64,000 nt of DNA from Paecilomyces variotii (taxonomy: Eukaryota), in assembly GCA_004022145.1 (NCBI GenBank), contig RCNU01000001.1, one strand, 5' to 3'. The position numbers and the translations under genes were made by a program. Shown here piece by piece: positions 1-12,424 of this stretch; the stretch's first letter is position 1, and every line of letters starts with the position of its first letter. The notes under the pieces are model-generated. The model was not told where the DNA came from. It worked only from the letters and a program-made list of their open reading frames with translations, and made no database searches.

Positions 1-1035
1 AGAACTTTCTGTCGCGGTAGTTTTGGAGGTTTCATAGATTCGTCGCACCAGAGGTCTTAACGTTGGAAGACAAGTACAGACGATTCCAACGGACTGTTCG
101 ATAGAGGACCACATTGCTGTATTAATTGTGGTGTAAGTAGGATCTTTTGGATTGGATTTATTGAATGCAATGATGCGTAGGATAGAGACGACACAGACAC
201 TGTTGGTTTTTGTTAACGATCATCATGGAATTGAAGCCAGAAAAATAGATCCACTTACAATCCACCGAGAAGAAAGATACCACTAATGACGAACTTTTGC
301 CTCCAGCTCGCTCTGATCTGCCATGTCATTGAAAGGGGCAGGCAGAGGACCAAAAAGTCCAGCAGCATATTGGTGAACCCATTCCAACGGAAGAAGTTGA
401 CTTCGTCTATACATTTGCCAGGCTGATGTTTGTTCCAGAAATATGATACCGGCTGGCAGCCCGCAATACAGACGATCATGCAGGCTATGAAATAGCTGAC
501 AATAATCCCCCCTGATACCCAGAGAGCGTAGCAGAATCCCCTGATAATCCCAAAAATTCGATAATATAGAAGCAACAGAGAGGCTTTCGTAGTGACCGCA
601 TTGGTGAAATAGGTGACTTGAACTGCAAGAAAGCTCTGCATAGCTACATCAGTTACGTGGAAAAGCGGCTATTTCACGTCACTCATGAAAGAGATGCTTT
701 ACCTTCTGGAATGACTGAACTTTGTCGGCGGCAAGGAATGCGGCATGGCGACCATAACCATAATGCAACACCTGAACCCATCGTATCGCTGCCATCGCCC
801 AGTTGACAGCCTGCCAACGGTGTCAGGGATTGATATTGAGGCCTGTCTACTTGAAGGGTCACCATACCAGGGAGGCTAAAATCGTCCAGTCGTCCCACCA
901 GAGTCCAGCGCTCGCAACGTAACGTGCAGTGAACCGCAAAACCACCGCAAACGTGGCCGGCACCACTGTGGTAATTGTTCCGACCCAGATGCGCCAACTG
1001 ATATCGACATCTTGCTGCAGACCATTTGCAGACAT
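1..1035 (-). CDS. Pth11-like / fungal rhodopsin-domain integral membrane protein, multi-exon, 3' end runs off the window
   Basis: ATG at 1035. Exons read 'VVLRFTARY...GLWWDDWTILAS', 'GMGRH', 'KASLLLLYYRIF', 'CQPVSYFWNK...GKC', 'NMLLDFLVLCLPL' and 'WSSIEQSVGIVCTCLP', all typical of this family. No CFEM domain is seen. Confidence 0.85.
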
Positions 1036-2399
1036 GCTCGGGCAGACTGCTACTGCCTCATCGTTGTCGCAAGGGGTGTCCTTTTTCTTTTTCAAGGAGC
1101 GGCATCGCGCGGGGGTACCTTTACATACATATACAACGAACCCTTTGGCTGGGCCATAACTCTACTTCGGCGGATGAGACCAGCCCTGTGATCCGGCTGG
1201 CCCATCCTCCATAATTCTATGTTTGTCCACCGGCTGAAGTTTCCTCTGGCGATCCTGGCCGGAAACGGCGATTATGGGTGGTCCTTGTCTGGAGACGCGG
1301 GATACCAATGCCTGACAGGCTGAGAGTAAGCTCTGCGATCCCTCGAGGAGTTCACGCCTTAAATGTGGGTCATCGCTTTGCGATCTTTGACTGCTCGAAC
1401 CCAATTGTGTGGGAACTTCATCCAGTGGAACCGAGATCTGCTTTTGTCTGGGGGCCGGAATCGACTCGATGCAACGAAACGCCACAATGTCATGAGCTTT
1501 CGAACCTTTCATTTGGGCAAAAGCAAATGATTAGTGACGGCCTATAGAGACGATGAGGTTAGACTGTCAGGCCAATTTTCCAATTGATTGAAACAAAGCG
1601 AGCTGGAAGTTACCTAAACATGAATTCGCTTCTTTTGGAATATTCCACAACGACCCTACCCTGATTGCGAATGTAGGTCAAGAGGATTATACGGTAAAAT
1701 CGGCATTCCCAAGTGGCAAAACATCTGCGAAGACTTAAGGAAAATCGTATATAGTATACGAGAGAAGGTGATGTTGCAGCCCTCAGCCTCGTGCTGGTAG
1801 CATGCATTAGAAGCCGTTGCTAGGTAATCGGGTCCAAATTCCACATTAAATAGGAGACATGTGCCGATGGTATGGATGAAAATCAAGATAATCCTGTCTA
1901 ACAAATTCACGGCTGTGGCACCACTTGAGCACTCGAGCACGTGCAGAGACAGAGAATAATTTATTCTCCGGGCGAAAGCCGCCATCTGCACTGCTATATG
2001 ATATGGTGCATTTGAATGTACGGATTAGACAACAACGAGGGTAAGAACTTCGAACTAAATCTAACCCACAATGAGGAAAGTAAGTATATTGAAGAATTAA
2101 CCAGAAAGAAATTATGTTAAAGTCGAATCCAATATACGACCACAGACCCAGAACCTGACCCAAGTGCAGAACTCATGTCGAATACATGAAAATCGTATAA
2201 TGCTTGAACGCGGCAGAAAGGCAGAGCCTACCGAACTCCATCCTGAAATGGGTCCCAGAAAACGTCATGGGACGAGGAAACCAAAGAACATATGTGTATC
2301 GAAAACCGATCGTTGCCAATGACCCAGGTATTAAACGGTGGGTAAGTTGCCAAAACTCCAAAAATGTAATAATAACAAAGGAAACTCGTTCGTAAGACT

Positions 2400-4934
2400 T
2401 TAATGAGCGTGTTCATCTTCCAGGGCAGCTTTGATCTTAGCATAGAACCCAGCTGGCCAAGCAGCCAGTTCCTCATCTGTTGGCACACCGCGTGCACGAC
2501 AGTGGTGAACAACGTTGGTCAATATTCGACTGAGCATCTCTTGGCTCACAGGAACTGTGCCTTCAAGCTGAGCCTCGGGGTAAAGAAAGGGATCCCTCTG
2601 GCTGAGGAGTTCTTCCACCGTAGGGCGTAGAGTCTGGTCACGCTGCAGACACCGCTTCATTGTCCGGATGAGTCCCGGGGGAACCGGCACAGCTCCTACG
2701 CCATACGCCGGGAATTCGATTTGCACTTTCGGGTTCGGAATCGCCATGATTCGTTCATAATATTTGGCTATCCGTGCGAAGGGCGGTTGCCCGTACACCA
2801 TCTTGTACAGAATACAACCAAGACTCCAGACGTCGCTAGGTTTACCCAGCTTCATCATCTTACCAACACTTGCCGGCAGACCGTTGGCAGCGTTGGAGTC
2901 GATTAGAGCTTCTGGGGACATGTAATTGGGCGTCCCCACTTGTTGTTCACGATGGACATTGACAGTGTCGTCCTGGATGGCATTTGCGATTCCAAAATCG
3001 ATCAACTTCAGTCTCCCCTGGACAAGGAGAAAGTTCGCAGGTTTCAGGTCTGAGTGAACCACATTGAAGTTGTGCACTGCCTGGACGCACTCAAGCATCT
3101 CCTTCCAGTAGTATCGAGTGAAGCTGATGTCCAAGACCGCATCCTCAGCATTCAGCCGATATGTGAGAATCTTTTCCAAGTCTGACTCGCCAATCTCCAT
3201 CAGGACACTCAATGTATGCTTATCCGAGTTTAGCTCCCAGTCAAATAGTCGGACCACACGGTCCACATTTTCGAGCTTCTTCAAAAGGTCAATCTCTCCT
3301 TTATAGCCGGAGAGGGTTACCGGATCGACGTCCTCGATATTCACTCTCTTGAGAGCAAATATCTTGTAGTTTTCTGCCATCACACGGTAGACCCTGGAGC
3401 TTCCACCACGGCCGATGCAGTCCATGCGAGTGAACGGCTTGTGGTTAATTGATACCTGACTACGCTTCTTTCTAGACTGGGAGGCAGTTGCAGCTCCGCC
3501 AGTGGCTGTTGCAGTCTCGAGGACGGACATTTTTGGCGGCGGGGGAGCAGGTCGGTGGGGGGTATTGTTGCTTCGAGAAGTCAGCGCCTTTCTAGGTGAA
3601 ACAGTCGCGGGCGTCTTTTCAACATGCTTTTGGTCCTCGTCATATATAACGGAGAACTTCTCAGGTTTGTCCAGCAAGCTAAAACCTTGCGACTTCACCC
3701 GCTTAAACGTCGGCGGCGGGTCGTTCTCCTGGTCGTCTGTTGAAGGTAGAGTTGGAGGGGGCACTCTGAATATCGGTTGCTCTTTCGCGCTTGACATTTT
3801 GGAGGATGTCTCAGAGCCTGTTCCTGGGGTTGATTTCGAGCGAGATCCATAGGATTTGGGCGAAGAAGGCCTCGAGAAGGGGCCTTCGCCGTTCCCGGTT
3901 TGTGCAGGGTTCGAATCGTCGACTGCTGGCTGCGGGGTGGGATCAACCCAGGATAGCTTCGGTGATGGACTTTTACGGGGCTTGCTTTGTAACTCTGCGA
4001 CGTTGTCGCTCGCACTGTGGTTTGAGTCTCTTCGTCCCCCGTCAGGGCTGCGTCTGTCGTCTACTGTTGGCTCCGACTCATTGTTCTCCTCGCTTTGCCT
4101 TCGCAGCACTCCTCGCCTCGCAGGGCCATTCAAGAAAGAACCAGTAAGCCTTCCCACTCGCTTGACTCGTAACGAGCTGTGGATGCCAAACTCATCGCCA
4201 TTCCGCGTACGAAGAATACTAGAAGTACCAATACGAGGCGCTGGTTCTTCGTCGAAACGCAATTTTCGCTCTTCAATCGCATAGTCCGTGCTTTTGTGAT
4301 CTTCACCTACTTCTTTCTCCGCTGACTTTCTATATGACGGAGAGTTGGACGTAGGTGACCGGGTGTGGCTTCGGGACCCAGTTATGCGAACACTGCGAGT
4401 CCGTGGAGCTGGAGTAATGAGATCATTTCCATAGTCTCTCCGGTCGATTTCCCCGCTCTCATGTTGCAGGAGGGAACTTTCCCGTCTCTGCGAAGCTCGG
4501 GGGCCAGAAGCGACACGGACTACTCGAGGAGCAGGACTACCCGTTGAATGCTCATGAGGGGAGGCAGTTCGAGATTCCCTCTCCAGTCGAGATGTTGTCG
4601 ATACGGACGGACGACTATCGTTGAAGAACTCTCTGCCCTTCTCGTTCCGACGAGGGGAAGCATCCAGGCGCATGTCGTCTTCCTCTAACAAGGCCTTAAC
4701 AGAGGCGCTGAACTTCGGTTCCGGAACCTCATCATCCGAGCTGTCGCCGGAACTGAATTGCCTCGATATGGATGTCGGAGCATATCCGGTCGCAGGCGAA
4801 GTTCTCCGGGAGAGGGATCGTGAGAGCGTTGAGCGGGACATGTGCTGCGATGAGGGTCGTCGGCGGAGACTGTTGCTGTAATTCGATGCGAGTGGTGTCG
4901 GAGAGGGTGCCATCGCCATGTTAGTAACCCTCAT
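2400..4934 (-). CDS. mps1: Mps1/Mph1 (TTK) spindle-checkpoint protein kinase, single exon
   Basis: 844-aa ORF with a long disordered N-terminus and a C-terminal kinase domain: IGRGGSSRVY, ALKRV, HSDLKPANFLLVQGRLKLIDFGIANAIQDDTVNVHREQQVGTPNYMSPE (Mps1-type activation loop). The start could be any of three nearby Met codons. Confidence 0.93.
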   Translation of the reverse strand: MRVTNMAMAPSPTPLASNYSNSLRRRPSSQHMSRSTLSRSLSRRTSPATGYAPTSISRQFSSGDSSDDEVPEPKFSASVKALLEEDDMRLDASPRRNEKGREFFNDSRPSVSTTSRLERESRTASPHEHSTGSPAPRVVRVASGPRASQRRESSLLQHESGEIDRRDYGNDLITPAPRTRSVRITGSRSHTRSPTSNSPSYRKSAEKEVGEDHKSTDYAIEERKLRFDEEPAPRIGTSSILRTRNGDEFGIHSSLRVKRVGRLTGSFLNGPARRGVLRRQSEENNESEPTVDDRRSPDGGRRDSNHSASDNVAELQSKPRKSPSPKLSWVDPTPQPAVDDSNPAQTGNGEGPFSRPSSPKSYGSRSKSTPGTGSETSSKMSSAKEQPIFRVPPPTLPSTDDQENDPPPTFKRVKSQGFSLLDKPEKFSVIYDEDQKHVEKTPATVSPRKALTSRSNNTPHRPAPPPPKMSVLETATATGGAATASQSRKKRSQVSINHKPFTRMDCIGRGGSSRVYRVMAENYKIFALKRVNIEDVDPVTLSGYKGEIDLLKKLENVDRVVRLFDWELNSDKHTLSVLMEIGESDLEKILTYRLNAEDAVLDISFTRYYWKEMLECVQAVHNFNVVHSDLKPANFLLVQGRLKLIDFGIANAIQDDTVNVHREQQVGTPNYMSPEALIDSNAANGLPASVGKMMKLGKPSDVWSLGCILYKMVYGQPPFARIAKYYERIMAIPNPKVQIEFPAYGVGAVPVPPGLIRTMKRCLQRDQTLRPTVEELLSQRDPFLYPEAQLEGTVPVSQEMLSRILTNVVHHCRARGVPTDEELAAWPAGFYAKIKAALEDEHAH

Positions 4935-5065
4935 GCGCTAGCTAGCGCATTGAGGCCCGTATGCGAAATGTCGTTGCTGTTTGGTTCTGTGTTGACTCGT
5001 TCAGGTGTCGAACATCCTGATATCTAAAACACGAAGCCCGAGATGAACTGGCGCGAGTACTGGTC

Positions 5066-5156
5066 ACGTGAGAGCGGACATCAACAGTCGTTGCCAGAGC
5101 AACAGGACGGCATGCTGAGTCAGCCACTCTCGCTGAGTCATCGAACTATCACGTGA
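5066..5156. promoter_or_regulatory. Two CACGTG E-boxes (bHLH/Cbf1-type) upstream of mps1
   Basis: GTCACGTGA at about 5064 and ATCACGTGA at about 5148 fit the RTCACGTG consensus. A similar CCACGTGAC lies upstream of trm5 at 21601. Function is inferred only. Confidence 0.35.
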
Positions 5157-7067
5157 ACATGGGTTCCTCTCCAGACGTCAACGCAACTCTTCAAGAGCAT
5201 CAAGTATCTAACATTGTGAGCTTCGTTTCCAGACTGCAGGATAACTCGAGTCTTCAAGGTACGATTCATCTTTGCGAATCAGCAGATGCACATATACGTG
5301 CTTATGTCAGTTTTTGCATCCATCTATCTCCGAGTAAGACTTATCCGTACGAGCCACGGAGCTGTCAACAGGATTAGATGGAAGAGCCGGCTATCACGGT
5401 CCCGTCTTTTCCAACACTACCAGGTTCAACAGCATGCTCTTTTCGGTAATGTTTACGAGGTGTCCTAACGATATATCTCTCTGAGCCAGAGGTGTACTTT
5501 GGGCAGCTGAGAATCACTAGCGCCGACTCTGCCTCCCTTCGGTAACTACGTACGGGGTAGGTTCTTCACAAATGTGACCATTACGATTCTGGTATCAGAC
5601 CTATCACTTGCAGGGCAGTCGTGAACGATAAATGACTGCTCATATGAATCTATGAACGTTCTATGCAGGCCTCTGCAAACCACCGTCATGCACTGATGCA
5701 GTAGTATGGCAAAACATGGCAACGTTAGGCGATTTCCTGATGAGGCTTACTCCATCGGACGGACCACTATCAGAACAGTGCCCTCGGTTGGGAATCCGGA
5801 ATCACGGAATCGGTTCCAGACAAAAACGGACACATTTAGCTTCGCCTTGAGCATAAGAGGCTGACACCCGACCTGTAGCTGCTTGTCGTTTCCAAGGCCG
5901 TTGACACAACTATTCTTTGCCGGATGCTCTAAAATCGTCCCAATTTCAGCCTCAGTGAACAACACCTCCACCTCCCAAAATCGAACGCATTTAGGCGATG
6001 TGAACTGACTGACCAAGCCTGTGGTGATGTTTCTCGTTGTTCGTACCGTCAATATCTTGCAGGTACTCTCCTTTTTAACCTCAATATTGTGCATTTTCTC
6101 TCCTTCGCTCGTTCCCACGTGGAGCGATTACTGGCCCTTTCCCAGGTGCCGTTATAAAATCAGGGCACTTAGAATCCTTGATTAAGCTATTGAAATTTCC
6201 GGTTATTTTAATCTCCCAGTTTCACTCTAAAAGGCGAACTACCAACAGACCAACGGACACCCGGAAGCCGGAGCCAAAGCATACCCACCAAGCAAGTTAA
6301 GCTGCGGCGATCTGTGGATCATGACACCTATCTCCATTCATCATGTCCAATCATGGATGTCTTCGGGTTCGATTACCGTTCTATTCAATTTCCACGTTTT
6401 TATTTGGTGCCATTTCCGTCTCGATCTAGAGAGCTCTCATGGAACTTATGCCTTTTTGCTGGATCCTGTTAAGGCCAAGCTACCAACACGCCTGCTTGTC
6501 TTTCTCCAGCCATATGATCCTAAATTTTGGTCCAAGTTATCAGATATCTGCAAAACTGGTGTCATCGTTACCGGAGACATGCAATCAGCACTTGTCAAAA
6601 AGCATCTAACTACATCTTGCATCAGTCATGGAACTAGAATAAGACCGGCAATCCACCATCTCAATACGGTCCCCTTTCTTCGATCCACCTCCAATTGCAA
6701 TTGACCGTTACCCTAGAGTTTAAGCTATCCACGTCGGAAGCTGCTCCGCTTCGCCCCATCTGTTGTTGACTTGGCTGCTTGGCAAGTTCTCAGCCCCTGG
6801 GGTCTTCCAGACGAGAGCACTGGTAGTAGGCCGAAACGTCCAAAGAGCATGGTCCCTGGAATCAAGCAGCCTGCTGTTGTTCAGGGGCTAGTGAGTATAT
6901 AACCTGTCCAACAGCTCTTGGACATCGTTTCCAGGTCACCAACCATTTTCCCACCTCAGTCTCTCTTTTTTGGTCTTTCGCCAAGGGCATTTCACTCGTT
7001 CTTTACCCTTGAACATAGACAGTCTATCCTTACATTTTTTTAATTTCAAACGTACAGCCTAATCACC

Positions 7068-8897
7068 ATGCGTTCAAGCATCGTCCTCCTCGCCACCTTG
7101 GCGACCTATGCTCTCGCTCTCCCTACCAACCTGGCCTTTGACCGGAGGGGTGTTCAGCTCACCAACGTGGTCGCTGATGTGGTCGCTGATATCGAGGCCG
7201 ACCTCACTCCCTTTGTCAACGGCCTGCTCGGCATCCACACCGTCAGTGGCCTTGGAGCGAAGGGAGCCGCTGCCTTGGAGGGATGCGCCCTCGGCCTCAA
7301 GGCTGGTCTGTTCGATGCCGGTGCTAAGGCACAGCTGCACGCTTGGCTGAGCGGCTCGTCTGCTGTATTCTTCGATGCTTCTCTCAAGACTGCCGTGATG
7401 GATTGGTGCACGGGTGACGACTCTCTGACTGTCTCCGTGGACGTCGTTGCCGGTTTGTCTATGTATGTCCCGGCGACTGCCCAGGTTGCTGCCCAGGGCG
7501 GCCTTACTGTCACTCTCGACGGTGTCGTCACTGCTGCCGATGTTAAGAAGCACGCAGTCATTGGTGTCTCTGCTCAGGCGTCTCTTGCTGCTTTCCTTTC
7601 CTCAGCAGTTGGCCTTGATGCCAATGTCAAGGCTGGTCTTCACCTCGGTGCCGCTGGTGGTCTGTCTCTTGGATTGTCTGCGGATGTCAAGGCCGCTCTT
7701 CAGGCCTACGTTTCCAGTGCTGACTGCGCTCTCTCGGTTGAGCTGAAGACAACTGTTCTCAACTGGCTCAGCGGCACTATTGAAGGTGCTGTTGTCGCCA
7801 TTGAGGACCTCGTCGAGACCGCCCTGTCCTCCCTCTCCGTCGGTGCTTCCATCTCTGCCCACGTCGAGGCCGGTGGTGCTCTGTCTATTGCCGCTCAGGC
7901 TTCTCTGGGAGCCTTCCTGTCTGCCGACGTCTCCGCAAAGGTCGACGCTGATATCAAGGCCTCTCTCCAGGTTGCTGTCCAGGGTGGACTGGCCAAGACC
8001 CTGAGCGTGGATGCCCGGGTTGCTCTGACTGCTTGGCTTGCTAGTGTCGACTGCCAGCTTACCGCTGAGCTTAAGGGAATTCTGCTCTTCTGGCTCAACA
8101 TTGGCTCCGAGGTTGACAGCGTTGTTACTCTCGCTGTTGACGAAATCTCCAAAATCACTGCTTTCCTGGAGAGCAGCGTCGGCACCTCCCTTAGTGCTGT
8201 CCTCCGTGGCGCGATTGCTGTGGCTGCTGCGGGTGAGGATGTTCTCTCTCTGTCTGCAGATGCCGTCGCCGAGCTGTCTGCTCTTCTTTCCGGCTCCGTT
8301 AACATCGACATTGATATCGACGTCAAGATCGCTCTTATCAACTGGACCACTCGTACCGCTACCAGCAAGATCACGTCCACCACCGGTACCGCTACCTCCG
8401 TGCCTGCTCTCCCCAGTGCCAGCGCCGTGAAGGTGCCAACCGCCTCCATGGTTAGCAATGTCAAGCCTGTTCCCAGTGTCTCTGCCCCTGCTGTCAACGT
8501 GCCCAGCGCCTCTACCGTTGTCCCCGACGTTCCTGTTGCGTCTGCTCCCGCTGTCAAGGTGCCCAGTGCCTCATCTGTTGTCGTTCCCAACGTTCCTGTT
8601 GTGTCTGCGCCGGCCGTGTCTGGCGTTCCCAGCGCTTCCGTTCCCACTCTGAAGAGCGTCGCCAGCAGCGTCCCCAGCGGTGTTTCTGGCATCACCAACA
8701 ACAACAGCGACAACAACGTCCCCAGCCTGCCCAACGCCACTGGCACCCCCAGCATCCCCGTTGGCGGCTCTACTTCGACCACCAGCTCTAGCGTGACCGA
8801 GTCCTCCAGCGTTATCTACCGCGGCGGTAAGACCGTCGTTGGCTCCAGCGAGATGGAGAGCAGCACCAGCTGCACCTGCCAGCAGAAGTCGAACTAA
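7068..8897 (+). CDS. Secreted/cell-wall protein with four Ala/Leu/Val-rich internal repeats and a Pro/Ser/Val-rich tail
   Basis: 609-aa intronless ORF with strong C-ending codon bias and a good start context (atcaccATG). It has a signal peptide (MRSSIVLLATLATYALA), an RR site, repeats about 100 aa apart and a C-terminal CTC. TATATAA lies at about 6896. Confidence 0.85.
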   Translation: MRSSIVLLATLATYALALPTNLAFDRRGVQLTNVVADVVADIEADLTPFVNGLLGIHTVSGLGAKGAAALEGCALGLKAGLFDAGAKAQLHAWLSGSSAVFFDASLKTAVMDWCTGDDSLTVSVDVVAGLSMYVPATAQVAAQGGLTVTLDGVVTAADVKKHAVIGVSAQASLAAFLSSAVGLDANVKAGLHLGAAGGLSLGLSADVKAALQAYVSSADCALSVELKTTVLNWLSGTIEGAVVAIEDLVETALSSLSVGASISAHVEAGGALSIAAQASLGAFLSADVSAKVDADIKASLQVAVQGGLAKTLSVDARVALTAWLASVDCQLTAELKGILLFWLNIGSEVDSVVTLAVDEISKITAFLESSVGTSLSAVLRGAIAVAAAGEDVLSLSADAVAELSALLSGSVNIDIDIDVKIALINWTTRTATSKITSTTGTATSVPALPSASAVKVPTASMVSNVKPVPSVSAPAVNVPSASTVVPDVPVASAPAVKVPSASSVVVPNVPVVSAPAVSGVPSASVPTLKSVASSVPSGVSGITNNNSDNNVPSLPNATGTPSIPVGGSTSTTSSSVTESSSVIYRGGKTVVGSSEMESSTSCTCQQKSN

Positions 8898-9509
8898 AAG
8901 GACTAAAACTCCTTTTCTTTCTTCTCGACTCAGCTAACGAACGAACGGTTTCTTCCAAGATGTCAAAATATAAATCAAGAGTAAATAGATTCTGCCTTTT
9001 CCCCTGGCCCATTCTTCATCTCTCCAGTCAGTGGCGGGCGACGCTTCCACCAAATGGAACGAAGGGAGGAGTTAAAACTTGAGCGGAGGCCATCTTGTAT
9101 CTAGCTTTACGTTCAATTTTGTACTTAATTGACATTTTACGTGCACTCCTACGTGACCGATGGAGTGCCGTATATAACATTATACATAATATACCCAGCT
9201 ATCTGTTTTCTTCGCTTCGATGGACCCAGTCTCTTCTAGATAGATGGAGCAATTTGTTTTTTTTTTCTTGAAGTAAACAGCAATTGTACACTTTGCATTG
9301 AAGAACTTGACAGCTACGTTCACTTCATAATCTCAGTTAATTAACTAATGGGCTGGAAATAATAATAAAGCGGACTGGGCTTTATCTCCTATTTCTCCGG
9401 TTTGAATCTTAGCTTTATACGGAAGACTCCTTAATAGATATAGACGACTCGTGATTAGGGTACCGTGGTTGGCAGGGTGCTTAGTGGGTTCAATATGATC
9501 AGAGGGGCT

Positions 9510-9610
9510 TATATATATATATGTGTGTGTGTGTGCGTGTGTGTGTTCGTAGACTCGGAGAGTGACAGGTTTATTTTCGGCGTAGGAAGTTATATATATA
9601 TATATATATA
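9510..9610. repeat. Microsatellites: (AT)n(GT)n at 9510-9546 and (TA)10 at 9591-9610
   Basis: Dinucleotide runs read directly from the sequence. Confidence 0.9.
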
Positions 9611-9911
9611 CTCGGTTGTGGTGGCGCGGGAACTATAAGTATCCGCATCATGTAGAAGTTTAACTACTAAGTTACTGAGATGTACAGACTAGGAAGCATG
9701 GAGTAAAAAGCTGGAAGGAAGGGAGGAAGGAAGAGATTCATTATTTTATTTGATTAACTAAAACCAAAAGGAGAAGAAAGAAAAATGCACTTTCGATGGA
9801 ATCGACGCTTGGCTTTCTCCCCGAGATAAACTCCTTTGCTTTTGTGCCAAGGACCGCAACTCCCATGGCTCCTGTTTCCTGATGCTTACACCTACCTAAA
9901 TGAAAAAAGAA

Positions 9912-11887
9912 TTATTCTTTGGATGTCGCTGCTTGCTGAGGCTTTTCGCTAGCACTTGTACGACGCATGGCGGTTAACTTCTCCCGAAGCAATTTCTCAC
10001 GAATTTTCGTAGCAGAGAGCCGCGAGCCAACGGGATTCTGTTGTTGCCGTTTTGCCTATACCGCCATGATAGGTGTTAGTGGACAGGAAGACCACCGTAA
10101 GCAAAAACAAGTTGGGTGGTAGATGACTGTACATGGACGACCAGGATTGTTATTTCGAGGTCAGGTCTCATCTACCCACCTGGTCAGGGCTTGAGGTCTT
10201 TCCCGGATCCTGCTCGTCCTTCGAACTTCGACGGCCTGCGGGGGAAGGTGACCGCTTTGCGGTCTCCTCTTCTGAATCAGCCATTCTCTGTCGCTTCTCA
10301 GTGGGTACGGAAACCGAAGAGGTGTTGCGCCGTCTTCGGGCTGCTGGGGCATATCTTTCAATGGACCGCCGTCTCTTCCTGTCCCCCCTGGGAGTGCGGC
10401 TGCGACTGCGACTGCGCGAACGATCACGTCGTGGGCTGGCACTGATAGTGCGAGTGCGACCTCGACTACGGCTTCTGCTCCTGCTTCGACTTGGGCTTCG
10501 ACGTCGACGGTCGCGAGACCGGTCTCTGCTGCGGCTCAAACGGCGATCATCACGGGATCTACGGCGCTTGCCAACATCAGTGCGTGCATCTCTTCTATAG
10601 GCTCTGGAATCGTAAGATGGAGATCTCCTCCAGCGGCTACCCCTCCCACCGGGGCCCTGAGAGTCAGACGGTGAGCGGGCGACGGATCTGGTCCGCGACC
10701 TAGATCTGGACCTTGATACAGACGAATGCTTCCTGCGACGATTGTCTTTGGGCGTAGGCGACCTCGAAACGCTGCGGGAAGTGGTCGATCGATCCCTCCT
10801 TCGGTCTCGCCTGGGAGAACGTGAGCGAGGTGAAATACTGCGAGTAACGGATCTAGCTCGATCATCACCGGCATCCGAACTGCGTCTGCGCGACTTCCTA
10901 GTGTCCCTCCTATCCGGGGAACGAGAGCTACTGATTGAAGGCCTCCGCCTCCTGTCTCTGGACCTGTCTCTTCCCCCATAGCGTGATCGACGCGGGGGTG
11001 GAGAACGCGACGAAGAAGCAGAGCGAGACACTGAACGCGAGATCGACCTGGAGGGGCGACGTCCTCGCCGGGAACGCGGAGGAACATACGAATCAAATTC
11101 CCGCCTTGGCCGGCCTTCTCTATATCGGGGCGGACTGCGTCGCCTGGGCGGAGGTGAGCGGGAGTCTCTGAAACCTCTTCTGCCAAAATCGCGACCTGAA
11201 CGACCTCCAGGTGGGGGACCTCTACCGCCACGGTCTGCGCGTTCCCTCTGCCTGATACTTTCGATTTCTTGTTCGCGGGATCGCTCTTGTTCTTTCCGTC
11301 GTCGGGCTTCCTCGGCAGCCATCTCTGCTTCAAGCTAACCACAGGTCAGCACGCTCGCCATACACGGACAATAACACCTTCATACCTTCTCTTGTCTCAA
11401 TTCAAGCTTCTTTGCTTCCAGCAGTTCTTTGGGAACGCCTTGAGGGTTCTCTTGGGCACTGAGACATAAGTTCCACAGGTCTTTGCAGAACTTCGGAGTA
11501 TCCTTGTCCAGGAACCCAGTGAGTTGGATCTGTAGCGATTTGATATCGGGCTGCAGAATGAAACAGGAAACATTAGCGCGCTCTACGCATAGCAATAGGC
11601 ACAAGACCAATAATAATAACTTACGAAGCGCGAGCCTTCGAGAAGGTTGAAGCAGAGCTCAATAACGACGTCATCTTCATTGCCGAGGATCTCAATGATC
11701 TTGCCTGCAATCCATCTGTAGCCCAAAGTCTCAGTTAGACCAAAAAATTCCCATGTCAACATGACTGCCCATGAAAAACTCACTTCTTCATAACCTCAAT
11801 ATTGACCTTGGTCATATCCACCTTCTTGCTAAACTCGGGCGGAAACTTGGTCTGCTTCAGCAGCTTGGCGTCTACGCTGGTTGCCAT
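9912..11887 (-). CDS. PWI-domain SR-related splicing factor (SRm160/SRRM1-like), 5 exons
   Basis: Spliced reading MATSVDAKLLKQTKFPPEFSKKVDMTKVNIEVMKK|WIAGKIIEILGNEDDVVIELCFNLLEGSRF|PDIKSLQIQLTGFLDKDTPKFCKDLWNLCLSAQ is a PWI domain, followed by a long RS-rich region. The predicted last exon reads AKRQQ...IREKLLREKLTAMRR...KE* and ends at 9912. Confidence 0.9.
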
Positions 11888-12424
11888 CTTGGACGACAAG
11901 GGGGTTTACAGGTCCCCAGCCTGCAAAGAGAAATCGACCAGGTGTGGAACAAGAGGTACGATGAGAAAGGTTTGGAACGCGCAGAAGAATTGAGAAGCCG
12001 TGGCTGGCTGGGCTTTAACACTGATTGTCGGAAGCTTCAAAAGATCCCAACAGTTGCGCGGAAGGTCAAAGTCGCGTGCCGGAGTCCGCGGGGAAATCGG
12101 GCCGGTCCGCCCATTGTAAGTAGGAGGATGCATCGCTTTGTAAATGGGGAGATGGTAATTGACTAGTTATTTCTATCAAGTTAAGTAAAGAATGATTTCC
12201 AGGAAGTTCAAATTCTGCTGTGGAGGAGTCTTCTCGGTGTATACTCCGTAGATCATTATGCCTTGAGTTAACCACTCCGAGTAGGTTATCTTTTTGCATA
12301 GTACATAAAATTACACATATCAAAACACCACGAGAAGAACCATATCTCATCTCGAATAAAAAAAAATATAGTACAAGAGTCCAACCTCCCCCTCCCAAAA
12401 AGAAAACACGAATTCCCTCACCAC

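Noticed and set aside
7895-8782. 295-aa antisense ORF, and similar antisense ORFs over mps1, the amine oxidase, pex6 and the Thr-rich gene
   Set aside because: These are shadows of strong codon bias or low-complexity coding on the opposite strand, with no independent motifs.
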